DNA from: Waddliaceae bacterium
GTDB lineage: Bacteria; Chlamydiota; Chlamydiia; Chlamydiales; SLFE01
NCBI GenBank assembly: GCA_963783885.1
Contig: CAWAPJ010000010.1
Span: 32,001-96,000, forward strand
DNA length: 64,000 nt
Direction: 5' to 3'
The notes beneath the pieces were generated by a model. That model did not search any database and was not told where the DNA came from. It worked only from the letters and a program-made list of their open reading frames with translations. Within the stretch, counting starts at the first letter, position 1. Each line of letters opens with the position of its first letter. The position numbers and the translations under genes are program-made. Shown here piece by piece: positions 48,569-58,173 of the stretch.

Positions 48569-49291
48569 TTGGATTATCACCTTAGAAATAATTACATAGT
48601 CGAAGAAAAATCTAAATTTAATATTGCTCTTGATTGGCTCTCGACTCCCTGCAGAGCTGTTCTGGGCGGGAGGACAATCAACCTTCTAACCGGTGAAGAA
48701 GGCCGGGAAATGACCACCGCAAAAAAAGTTGCCATTGCTGTTCTTTCGATCATCTTTTTTCCTGTAGCTGTTATTTCTGTTTTCAGCTTTACATTAAAAG
48801 CCGTCATTTTCCCTAGTCATGGCGAGAGAAGGGTACTTGATGCCTGGAATAAGATGAATTCAGCAAAAAAAACATTTGATGATGCTTTCAAAGAAAATCA
48901 ATATGCTGTGGCTTTGAGGCAAGTGGACAAATATCCCGGGTTAAAAGCTGCCAAACAAAAACAACTTTATCAAATAGGAAAAGTTTATCTTGGAAAGAAA
49001 TCCCTCAATATAACTTCTGCATTCAATAAAAAGTATTTAGATTCATTTTACACTGAAAAATTGATTCAGGATGCCATTGAATATTATTTAAGCAATGATC
49101 CTAAGCAGTTTGCAGAAGTGAGTTTACGAGTATTGATAAACTGTAACGACCTCAACAACTCCCAAAAAATTGCTTTAATTGACCAACTTTTAGAATCATT
49201 TAAGCCCAACGAAACAGACGAACAGAAACTCAAATCGGCAAAATCAAAAGTGAGCGGCATCCTGATCAATTTGAGGAACTCCTGGAAATAG
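48569..49291 (+). CDS. Hypothetical protein with N-terminal hydrophobic domain
   Basis: 240-aa ORF with KVAIAVLSIIFFPVAVISVFSFTLKAV. TTG start uncertain (an out-of-frame ATG lies at 48549). Confidence 0.55.
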   Translation: MDYHLRNNYIVEEKSKFNIALDWLSTPCRAVLGGRTINLLTGEEGREMTTAKKVAIAVLSIIFFPVAVISVFSFTLKAVIFPSHGERRVLDAWNKMNSAKKTFDDAFKENQYAVALRQVDKYPGLKAAKQKQLYQIGKVYLGKKSLNITSAFNKKYLDSFYTEKLIQDAIEYYLSNDPKQFAEVSLRVLINCNDLNNSQKIALIDQLLESFKPNETDEQKLKSAKSKVSGILINLRNSWK

Positions 49292-49365
49292 AACAAGCTT
49301 CTGAGCTATTGTCAAATATTGCGTTTTGAAATGATGAGCGTACCCTTTATTCATTCTTTTGCTAA

Positions 49366-50000
49366 GACCCTGATTGCTACCTAAACTTGCCGTTAAAATC
49401 TTTCATTGAATTCATCTGCTAAGCCTTGATTATAGGCAAGGGATTACCCTTGCCTTCAAATCGAGTCTACGCATCTGAATCCAACGAAAGACTTTAACAA
49501 CAAGTTTAGGTAGCAATCAGGGTCTATGGGGGCTGCAGCTATATTTATCCTTTTGGAAAGGCAAAAAAGGTTCGAAAGAGCCCATGATTGTGGTTTCGAA
49601 TCATGACTTTGAAGATGCGTTAGCGGTCTACAAAAGGCGATGGGAAATAGAGACGCTTTTTGGGTGTCTTAAAAGTCGCGGCTTTCGCATGGAGGATACT
49701 CATGTAACCGATCCGGATAAGATCGAGAAAATCCTCTTTGTCTTGGCTATCGCCTTCTGCTGGGCCTATAGAACGGGTGAAATCCAGTCCAAGATCACCC
49801 CCATTCGGAAGAAATCCCATGGGAGAAAGAGTAAAAGCAAATTTCGACTGGGACTGGATATAATTCGGAGGGCTCTCATGAATCTCGGGTCTAATATTAA
49901 TGAAATCAAACAGATACTGTGGCCTTTATCCTGCTTAGAAAGAGGAGGTTGTCATGTGTGAAATGATTTTTTGTCCAGTACAGAGGTAGCAATCAGGGTC
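49366..50000. mobile_element. Nested composite: palindromic miniature element plus IS4-family 3' remnant, bounded by 17-bp inverted repeats and a TAA duplication
   Basis: GACCCTGATTGCTACCT at 49366-49382; its reverse complement at 49508-49524 and 49984-50000; flanks gcTAA...TAAgc. Confidence 0.75.
49525..49961 (+). pseudogene. IS4-family DDE transposase C-terminal fragment
   Basis: YKRRWEIETLFGCLK (YREK motif). The frame is open back to the 49524 junction. Probable right end ...TGTCCAGTACAGAG at 49985. Confidence 0.85.
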
Positions 50001-50173
50001 TAAGCTACTTTTTGTTCTTCCTTGATCTCTTCACCGTTTCTATTAAACTCTAAAAATGGCGCGATTAGAGAACAAAGCCGTGTTTAGAGACTTTCTCTGA
50101 GTTGAAATTTATATAATCTTAATATTTACATATTATAATATATTTTTGAATAAAATTCAATATATAGTAACAA

Positions 50174-52504
50174 ATGAATATAAATACTGCTATTACAGAT
50201 TATTCAATGGGGTCCACCTCATACCCGACCTTTAAGTCGAAAAGGAAAGGAAAATACGCTGGCCGAATCCGCTCAATTCTAAACAAAGCAATTAACAAAA
50301 GGGGCGATGACAAGAATGTTCCGAAACAAAGCGGCAATCAGCCGATCATCAGGGAGAGTAGAAAGGTTACTCAAGAAAATACCTGCAACGTTAAAGCTTT
50401 ATTGCAAGCTGCAGAAAAAGGGGATGTAAAGATTGTTAATAAATTGATCGAAGGGGGAGCAAATGCCAATGGAGCCTTTAAAAATGGTTTAACTCCTCTT
50501 TTCATTGCTTCCCTAATGGGACATATAGATGTTGCAGAGAAACTGATTGAAGCGGGAGCTGATGTCAATAGAGCTAATAAAGATGGATTCACACCTCTTT
50601 TAGTCGCAACCCAAAATGGACATATAGTTATTGTAGACAAACTGATTGAAGCGGGAGCTGATGTCAATCAAGCAAAAAATAATGGTTTAACCCCACTTTT
50701 TGTTGCTGCTCAAAAGGGGTATGAAAATATTGTAGACAAACTGATTGAAGCGGGAGCTGATATTGAAAAAGCTAACAAATTTGGTGCCACCCCTCTTTTT
50801 ATAGCCGTTCAAAAGGGATATGAAAATATTATAGACAATCTGATTGAAGCGGGAGCGGATTTCGAAAAGGATGACGAGAATGGCTTTACTTTGCTTCATA
50901 TCGCCATCTTCTATAGGCATGTAAATGTTATAGACAAATTGATTGAAGCGGGAATTGATATCAATGAAGCTAACAAAGATGGTTACACCCTGCTTTACGT
51001 TGCTGTTCAAAAGGGAGATATAGATATTGTAAACAAACTGATTGAAGCTGGCGCTGATGTCAATCAAGCAAACAATGATGGCGTAAGCCCTATTTTCATT
51101 GCTGCTAAGAAGGGAGATATTAATATCCTGAATATATTAATTAAGCATCAGGCACTGGTCAATCCTATAAATATTACCGGTTATAATCCTCTTTACTTGG
51201 CTGCGCTTAATGGGCACATAAATATCGTTGAAACATTAATACAACTTGGTGCCGAGGTTGATCAAACAAGTATTTACGGCTTATCTCCTCTTTTTGCTGC
51301 TGCACTAAATGGGCATTTAGATGTTGTTAAAAGATTGCTACAACATGGTGCCGAGGTTGATCAAGCAAATATTAACGGGTTCACTGCTGTTTTTATGGCT
51401 GCTTTAAATGGACATGTCAAAGTTGTCAATCACTTGATTGAAAAGGGAGCTCGTATTGATAAAGATGATGTTAATATCTCTGGAAAGTCAAAATTTGAAA
51501 TGACAAAAATTAAAAAACTACAAGGATTAGGATACACGAATGAAGATGTTGTCCAGTTGAAGAAACATAATCTTATTGATCAAATTTTAGACAAATCAAT
51601 CACCCAGTGGGGTTCCTTTGATATCGAAAAATTGAAAAAGGGTATTAATTATTTGGAAATTGAAAATCCAGTCTACCAGGATTTGCAACTCTTTTTTGCC
51701 TTTGGAAAAAAGTTTTCATTAGATGGCTGCAAGGAAAAATATCCATTTCAATTAACAGACGATTGGCGTCATTATGTCGTTAGAAAAGAGGATTTCCGAA
51801 AAAAAAGAGGAAAGAAAATTGATCAGCAAATCTATGGTTCTTTCATGTACCAAAACGCTCTTATTACAGCTGATTCGATTAATTCGCAATTTACCTTTCA
51901 TCAATTGTTGGCTATTCTCGGCAGGTTGAGATATGACATGGAACTCAACTTGTCGAAAAAACCACTTTGCGAAATGTATGGAAAACCGAGGGGTGAATCC
52001 TATCGAACACGTCTTAATAAAGTATATATTGACGTGAATAGACAATTAAATGAGCTGACCGAAGGAAAAAACAATCCCTTTTTGAAAATGAGCTATTCGG
52101 ATGAAGGCCCTCAATGTGTGACAACTTATGGAAAGCTAGGCAGTGGTTTCATCCCGCTCTCTTATTTTGTGCCAAGGGTAAAAATCTTGTATCATACGGC
52201 GCCCCAATATATCAGACCGATTCTTGATCATGTTGATCAGTTATATCAAGAGGCGCTGGCTATCGAAAATACCGACAAGCTCACCGAAAAGCTGGGTGAA
52301 ATCTTTTGGTGGATATGCAAAGCCAAACCTTGGCAAGGGGGCGATCCTTCCATTGCGGAAATGCTAATAAAAGGCATTTATCTTCATAAAGGGGTTAGGC
52401 CTCCAGCTTGGACAAAAAATCTGGTGCCGTGGGAAGAGGTGGAAGAACAGCCGGATGTGGAAAAATTCGCGAAAAATTTCCATTCATTGCTTGATTTTAT
52501 ATAA
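50174..52504 (+). CDS. Ankyrin repeat protein (11 repeats) with AvrB-like Fido C-terminal domain; candidate effector
   Basis: GxTPLxxAxxxGH repeats; C-terminus LGEIFWWICKAKPWQGGDPSIAEMLIKGIY...GVRPP...FHSLLD. Confidence 0.8.
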   Translation: MNINTAITDYSMGSTSYPTFKSKRKGKYAGRIRSILNKAINKRGDDKNVPKQSGNQPIIRESRKVTQENTCNVKALLQAAEKGDVKIVNKLIEGGANANGAFKNGLTPLFIASLMGHIDVAEKLIEAGADVNRANKDGFTPLLVATQNGHIVIVDKLIEAGADVNQAKNNGLTPLFVAAQKGYENIVDKLIEAGADIEKANKFGATPLFIAVQKGYENIIDNLIEAGADFEKDDENGFTLLHIAIFYRHVNVIDKLIEAGIDINEANKDGYTLLYVAVQKGDIDIVNKLIEAGADVNQANNDGVSPIFIAAKKGDINILNILIKHQALVNPINITGYNPLYLAALNGHINIVETLIQLGAEVDQTSIYGLSPLFAAALNGHLDVVKRLLQHGAEVDQANINGFTAVFMAALNGHVKVVNHLIEKGARIDKDDVNISGKSKFEMTKIKKLQGLGYTNEDVVQLKKHNLIDQILDKSITQWGSFDIEKLKKGINYLEIENPVYQDLQLFFAFGKKFSLDGCKEKYPFQLTDDWRHYVVRKEDFRKKRGKKIDQQIYGSFMYQNALITADSINSQFTFHQLLAILGRLRYDMELNLSKKPLCEMYGKPRGESYRTRLNKVYIDVNRQLNELTEGKNNPFLKMSYSDEGPQCVTTYGKLGSGFIPLSYFVPRVKILYHTAPQYIRPILDHVDQLYQEALAIENTDKLTEKLGEIFWWICKAKPWQGGDPSIAEMLIKGIYLHKGVRPPAWTKNLVPWEEVEEQPDVEKFAKNFHSLLDFI
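50543..51070 (+). repeat. 99-bp-period ankyrin-coding tandem repeat
   Basis: (C/T)TGATTGAAGC(G/T)GG recurs at 50543, 50642, 50741, 50840, 50939 and 51038. Confidence 0.9.
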
Positions 52505-52628
52505 AATTGAGCACCTATCGTTGGTCTTCGATTGTTTTTCCAGAACCTTTTCTTGCTTGCTCAGCTTGATTTTGAATACACTTTGCAGGTTTATAGTGTA
52601 TATAAATGCTGTAGTGTACACTAGAGTG

Positions 52629-52815
52629 TGAGGTGGTTCCCAAAATTAGGACTATCTGCTAAGCTAATATCTTCCTGAAAATCGGAGGATGAAAATGACC
52701 CGTAAACGTAGGAAATTCTCAGCTGAGTTCAAGCTCAAAGCTGTAACAGAAATCTTGAAAGGAGAGAAGACCGCTTCCCCATTAGCAGGTGGTCCTAATT
52801 TTGGAAACCATTACA
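52629..52815 (+). mobile_element. 187-bp internally deleted IS3-family element
   Basis: 34-bp imperfect TG...CA IRs with core CCAAAATTAGGAC; retains the RBS and OrfA start MTRKRRKFSAEFKLKAV...GEKT. Confidence 0.85.
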
Positions 52816-52836
52816 CAGTGTTCAAGGACTGAGAAA

Positions 52837-53753
52837 ATGAGTCTTATCGATACCGCTTCGAATGGAGGAGTCGTTCCCCTCCAGTATTCAAGTAAATTTA
52901 ATGAAATAAACCATCTGAACGCGACTAATATTCATAGTCAGGGATTGTTGGGGCAGGTTTATAATTTTGCAAAATCGTGGTTCAAGAGGCTAATTATTTT
53001 GTATCAACATGCTATACAACAGTAAAGGAGTATTTGGTTGGAGTACCTGCTGAATACGTTACACCTGGCGATGCAAACAATAACTGGAAGGAGGAAAATA
53101 AAGGGCTTTACGTTGCTATACACGGTCTTAACGGACGTCCAAATATTTGGCGTAATCAACTAGCAGTATTACAGAAGCAGCAACCAGGTTTTGAAATTCG
53201 GCTACCCTATGTTCCTCAAAAGGGGAATTGTTCATTAGAAACATCTGTGGCGCCAATTGAAACCATGATTAGGGACTATTTACATCAACATCCCGGTAAG
53301 CCTGTATGCTTGATGGGGGTATCTAATGGTGCACGTATTGCAATGGAATTAGAGGTTCGCTTGCGAGATACTAAAGCGTCTATCTTTATATCGAGTGTGG
53401 CAGGACCCTTCTCAGGAACAAAGCAAATGAACCTTATGAACGGCCTTGGTTTAGCCACCTTGCTCTATAAACAAGTTGTTGTTAATGATATGCTTTATCA
53501 AAGTCACTCCTCCAACAGCTTGTTAAATCGCATTAGAGAATCTTTACTGGAAAACATTGAAAGAGTTTACGAGTTTTATGCATCTCCAGATGATTTCCAA
53601 ATTAAGCCGTTTAGCGGCTCTTTGCCTGTTTTAAAGGATAAGCATGTGAGTTACTTTATTGTGCCTGGTGAAAACCACAATAGTATTGTCACAAAAGTTT
53701 CATCTATACAAGTGCAGAACTGTATGAAATGGATGAAACAGTATCAGGAGTGA
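52837..53753 (+). pseudogene. Alpha/beta hydrolase (lipase/esterase-like), split by a probable frameshift near 52985
   Basis: IHGLNG, GVSNG nucleophile elbow, late D and H. The N-terminal ORF (MSLIDTASN...SWFK) is in a different frame. Confidence 0.65.
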
Positions 53754-53802
53754 CAAATGGGGGTCAGTTTTTTTCTAATAGAAAATATATCTGACACATG
53801 AC

Positions 53803-54057
53803 CTATAGGTAAGAAATCGTCATAGCAATTACCGCTAATTCTGGAACTGTACCAAATACCGCATCTGCTACTTGATACCCTGTTGGTCTATGGGAAATTT
53901 GTGGGTCGATTTTTACTGATTTTATCATTGTTTTAAGGGAAAATATTGCGTTTATCATCAATTTCAGGGGTTTGTAACGGTTTTGAGGGCCGTTCACGCT
54001 TTCTACATGCATTGTGGTAAAGGGAGTTATTTTAGAGGGGATTGAGTGAATAATCAT
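53803..54057 (-). CDS. Hypothetical protein, doubtful
   Basis: 84-aa ORF filling an intergenic gap; no motif recognised. Confidence 0.25.
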   Translation of the reverse strand: MIIHSIPSKITPFTTMHVESVNGPQNRYKPLKLMINAIFSLKTMIKSVKIDPQISHRPTGYQVADAVFGTVPELAVIAMTISYL

Positions 54058-54158
54058 TATTTAGAGGGAAATACTTTTAAAAATCAACATTTTGGTGGAA
54101 AAGTAATCGATTTTGAGATAGTTTACTGAAAAGTGATGAGAACTTGAGGAAGGCGGTT

Positions 54159-55675
54159 ATGTGGGAACTTGATATTCCGAATGGAGCTAAACCAATAGGT
54201 TACCGCTTTCTTTACGAGCATTTTCAAGCTACGAGTCATCGGTCATTATCGCTGGTCCTACACCGGTCCTGGATGGGGATCCAAGGAGTTTAAATATGAA
54301 CATAACTATGTTCAGCTACGCCTATATCCTAAATCATATGAAGTTGAATCAGATCCCATTAAGCATATAGAATTTGCTTTGAAACACGAGGGTCTTAACC
54401 TAAATATTATCAAACAGTCTTTCAGGCACATCGGATCCGAGAAGGTATGCGAATATGTAAAATCCTCCCCAACAGGGAAGTATGCTAGAAAAATTTGGTT
54501 TCTATATGAATTTCTATTAGAAGACATTCTTCCGATTGACGATGTTGGGCGAGGTTCCTATGTTCACTTGGCGGATCCGAATGACTACTACTGTGGAAAA
54601 GACGTAAGGAGTCCTAGGCATCGGGTAACTAACAACTTGCTTGGGAATCGCCTTTTTGCACCATTGGTCAGAAGGTCGGCAAGACTGACTCAGCTTGAAG
54701 AGCGGAACTTGTCGGAAGTAGCGAGGAATATCACCAAGCAGTATGATGAATCCATTCTTGCAAGAGCTGTCAGGTACTTGTACACTAAAGAAACGATTGC
54801 CAGCTGGGAGATAGAAAGAGAAAAACCAGATAAAGCTAAAGTTGCTCGTTTTGTAGCATTACTACAGAGGGATTATTCTCGAGATCAGCTGACAAAAAAT
54901 ATGTTGGTGTCAATCCAGCGGGAGATAGTAGATGATCGTTTTGCTCTGGATAATTACAGATCGTTTCAAAACTATGTTGGGGAGGAGCCTGAGCCGGGAG
55001 AAGTTCTTGTCCATTACATAGCCCCACGGCCTGGTGATCTTCCCAATTTAATGGATGGACTGCTTCAGTGTGCTAATCGGATGTTTGCTTCGCAGGTTGA
55101 TCCGGTAATTATTGCTGCTGTTATTTCATTCGGTTTTGTATTTATGCATCCCTTTGAGGATGGTAACGGTAGACTTCACCGGTTTTTAATTCATTACGCA
55201 CTGTCAAAGCTTGGCTTCACACCCCAAGGATTAGTATTTCCGATATCTGCTGTAATTTTACGTGAAGAAAGGGAATATGACAGGGTACTTGAGTCTTTCT
55301 CGAAGCCGCTATCTGAACTGGTGGAAGACTATGAAGTCAACGAACTCGGAGAGATGACTGTAAACAGTGAAACTAGCCGATTTCTATCGATACGTAGACT
55401 TCACTCCGATAGCGGAATTTCTATATCAATGCGTTGATCGGACTGTGCAGACAGATCTAGAAAATGAGCTAGACTTCTTAAGCAGGTATGATGTGATTAA
55501 GCGCCAGCTTAAGGAAGTTGTAGATATGCCCGATAGAAGAATTGACTTGTTTATCAGGTGTGTGCGCCAAAACAACGGCAGTCTTTCAACTAGAAAACGC
55601 AGTTCTTTGTTTAAAATGCTCACGGAAGGGGAGGTTAATCAGATGGAAAATATAATCAAAAAAAACACTCGTTAG
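54159..55675 (+). pseudogene. Fic family protein with two +1 frameshifts (~54222 and ~55374)
   Basis: Canonical HPFEDGNGRLHR motif. Protein-like continuity MWELDIPNGAKPIGY.../KLRVIGHY...FALKHEG and ...SET/ADFYRYVDFT across frames. Confidence 0.85.
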
Positions 55676-55732
55676 TATTGAGCAGTTTAACATCCATTTC
55701 CTTTGGGGCAAAATTAAAAATAACCACAAAAG

Positions 55733-55759
55733 AAACCCTATCAGATATTGATAGGGTTT
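55733..55759. terminator. Stem-loop beside the displaced tmRNA 3' fragment
   Basis: AAACCCTATCA-gatat-TGATAGGGTTT. Confidence 0.55.
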
Positions 55760-55944
55760 GATAAGTTTTTTGGAGGTGGAGAGACAAGTTCAGAACTTTT
55801 GATTGGAGCAAATTTCATATTGATTCGTTGCAACATTTTGAAAATCAATTACTAATATCCTCCACTTAAGACAATCCAATCAGAACTGAAGGAGATTATC
55901 TCAATTACAAAGGAAGATTGGAATCCCTAGTTTGTAAAATATCT

Positions 55945-56463
55945 TTATGTAGGTACATAAGGAATCAGGCCCTTTTCAAATGCTTCTTCCTGTATATGTT
56001 TAGGAAGGCGTCTTGAATCCACAATAAGTCCATTAAGCGAAATCATCCAAACCATAGGGCTGTCTTCAATGCGTTCAGGCAACATCCAATTTGGGTCCCA
56101 TTGAGACATTTTCATCAATTCTCGAATTTGCTTTGACTTATTGGTCATTGTTGACTGCCCTAAGTTAAAATATTCACTAATGAAAGCTGATGAAACGTAA
56201 GGGGTTTGCGACTTATCAAAAAGAAAATTCACCATGCCTAGTGCATGAATCATCCCTGCAATCCAGGTGTTAATGTTTCCTTGTAGTAGAGGCGAGGGAC
56301 GTTTTCTGCAAAGGGCCGCTGTTAGCTTTCGTAACAAAGAAATATAATTTTCATTAAGATGTTTTTCAGAAAATGCATCCGTGACTGCTGTGATATTCTC
56401 AAAGACATCTTGCATATTTTTAGGAACTCTTTCTGGCTCCGTAAGTTTTTTGATTCTGGTCAT
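55945..56463 (-). CDS. DUF6398-like conserved hypothetical protein
   Basis: TDAFSEKHLNENY, LCRKRPSPL, WIAG...VNFLFDKSQTP, WMISLNGLIVDSR...AFEKGLIPY. Confidence 0.7.
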   Translation of the reverse strand: MTRIKKLTEPERVPKNMQDVFENITAVTDAFSEKHLNENYISLLRKLTAALCRKRPSPLLQGNINTWIAGMIHALGMVNFLFDKSQTPYVSSAFISEYFNLGQSTMTNKSKQIRELMKMSQWDPNWMLPERIEDSPMVWMISLNGLIVDSRRLPKHIQEEAFEKGLIPYVPT

Positions 56464-56484
56464 ATCAAAAGCCTAAGTGACGTA

Positions 56485-57186
56485 TTAAATTCCATCTTCA
56501 GTGCCATCATAACCGCATACTCCTGTTCGAGGAGAATTTACTAACGGCAAAAAAGAGTGTTCATAGTCATAGCAGGTGTTTTTAATATTGATTTGGGTAC
56601 ACTTTTCACACGAATATTTATGACATATAGCACAAATTTGCGAGGCCGTAGTATTACAGTTCATGCATTTATACATTGGAGGGTGGTTTTGAGCACAAAA
56701 AAATATTTGCTTTTTTACAGGGTATCTCACTTCATCTAATACTTTGAGGTTTAGCTCAGTTGTTGAGCCATAGTCATATATATGAGAGAATTCTGTGGTT
56801 CTGTCTAAAACTTTGTTTAAACTAATCTCCATTCCTGAAGAAAGTTCTTCTCCTTCTACCAACTAATCTTCGTCTTCAAATCTTTCGTAGTTGATATTAT
56901 CAATTCGAAAATGGCTTAAATGGCCACAGCACTCAAGCCAGATATCCCTTAAGAAATGGTCTAAGTCATCCAGCTTCCATTGCTTGGGAATCAAGATGTC
57001 TATCCAATACACTGAAGAATCAGCTCGGATGTATTACCAGTCATTAACAAGTTTTTGTTTTATTCTTTCAAAAACTTGAACTCTGGGTCCACATTCAAGG
57101 AAATGATGAAGACTGTCCTTCTTCGAAATAGATTTGGTGCAATATTTACAGCTTCCTTCCATTTTTCCTGCTGAATCTTAATTCAT
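56485..57186 (-). pseudogene. pRiA4b ORF3-like Cys-rich protein with three in-frame stops
   Basis: LDHFLRDIWLECCGHLSHF, YDYGSTTEL and VNSPRTGVCGY lie in one frame. Stops at 57178-57180, 57034-57036 and 56863-56865. Confidence 0.8.
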
Positions 57187-57263
57187 GTTTTGCCTCTCAG
57201 CATTTTAAAGATATCATGGTTAAGGTTCAAGATTTTGCGGTATTTTTTCATAGTTAAATGTGT

Positions 57264-57725
57264 TTAGACTGCGACAAGGTCAGTTGGAACATCAAATTCA
57301 AGAGGTTCAATCGGGTGAGAGTAATCGGCCATATGAACGATTTTGAAAGCTTTTCGGAAATCATCATCTTTCGTTAATAGCTGGTCTAAAAGCCACAACC
57401 TTAAATCTCTTTGCGTAGTCAAATTCATTTTAGAACCCTTATTTCCTGTTTGTTCCCATTTCACAACCGCTGGGTGTGTGACGCCAAAAAGTTTACCAAA
57501 CTCAGACTGAGTCATTTCTAGCCAATTCCGAATATAACGAATTTGATTGCCTGTCAAGTCGGATGGATGATGTGCAAGAGCTAGCAGAACAACCTTTTGT
57601 AAAACATTCAGGTCAACATCCAAGGTCCAAACTCCACGAAGTTCTATCATCGGAACATTGCGAAGAATTACGGGAAAGCCTAATCCTTCGTAAACAATTT
57701 CTCTTTCAACTTTTTGTTTTTTCAT
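57264..57725 (-). CDS. XRE-type HTH antitoxin (MqsA-like)
   Basis: LTGNQIRYIRNWLEMTQSEFGKLFGVTHPAVVKWE; overlaps the toxin gene. Confidence 0.8.
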   Translation of the reverse strand: MKKQKVEREIVYEGLGFPVILRNVPMIELRGVWTLDVDLNVLQKVVLLALAHHPSDLTGNQIRYIRNWLEMTQSEFGKLFGVTHPAVVKWEQTGNKGSKMNLTTQRDLRLWLLDQLLTKDDDFRKAFKIVHMADYSHPIEPLEFDVPTDLVAV

Positions 57726-58050
57726 ACTTTCGATGCCTCCCTTCAAGGTAAAAGGCGGTTATGATTAAAAGGTCTTTCTCTTCATCAAATGAGATAATGA
57801 CTCTTAGCTCCAACTCATCTATTGTCTTTCCACGTATGGCATAATTCCAAGCATTAAAAGCTTCTTCAAAGTAGTCCTTGCTTTTTTCATGCCTTCCAGT
57901 TTTCAGCACATGGATAATTTCAGGTAGGGTAATGTTCCGTTCAGCTTTTCTCTCAATTGCATGAAAAGTATCTCGATATGCTCCCCTACTAATGCAATTT
58001 CTGATACGCTCCAAGAGGTGCTCAATTTTTTTCGGTCTTTTCGATGGCAA
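57706..58050 (-). CDS. DUF4258 (RelE-like) toxin
   Basis: HAIERKAERNIT, YAIRGKT, LRVIISF, LIITAF. Start moved to TTG 58050, downstream of the promoter. Confidence 0.78.
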   Translation of the reverse strand: MPSKRPKKIEHLLERIRNCISRGAYRDTFHAIERKAERNITLPEIIHVLKTGRHEKSKDYFEEAFNAWNYAIRGKTIDELELRVIISFDEEKDLLIITAFYLEGRHRKYEKTKS

Positions 58051-58074
58051 AAGAATTTCTTCCTTTTTACCCTT

Positions 58075-58103
58075 AATGTAACTGAGTGACATTTATTTGT
58101 CAA
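58075..58103 (-). promoter_or_regulatory. TA operon promoter TTGACA-17-TACATT with overlapping palindromic operator
   Basis: AATGTAACT-g-AGTGACATT inverted repeat (1 mismatch) covers the -10 and spacer. Confidence 0.7.
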
Positions 58104-58173
58104 GGGTAATAGCGGAGCCGAAGTAGAAATATAATTATAAAACATTGAATATAAGGTGTATAGAAAAAATAGA

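Noticed and set aside
52592-52624. Short palindrome TAGTGTACACTA
   Set aside because: Only 12 bp, its context is disrupted by the IS3 remnant and no regulator can be linked to it.
56485-57186. Stop-codon reassignment or readthrough to explain three in-frame stops
   Set aside because: The stops are of two kinds (TAA, TAA, TAG) and neighbouring genes terminate normally with them; pseudogenisation is simpler.
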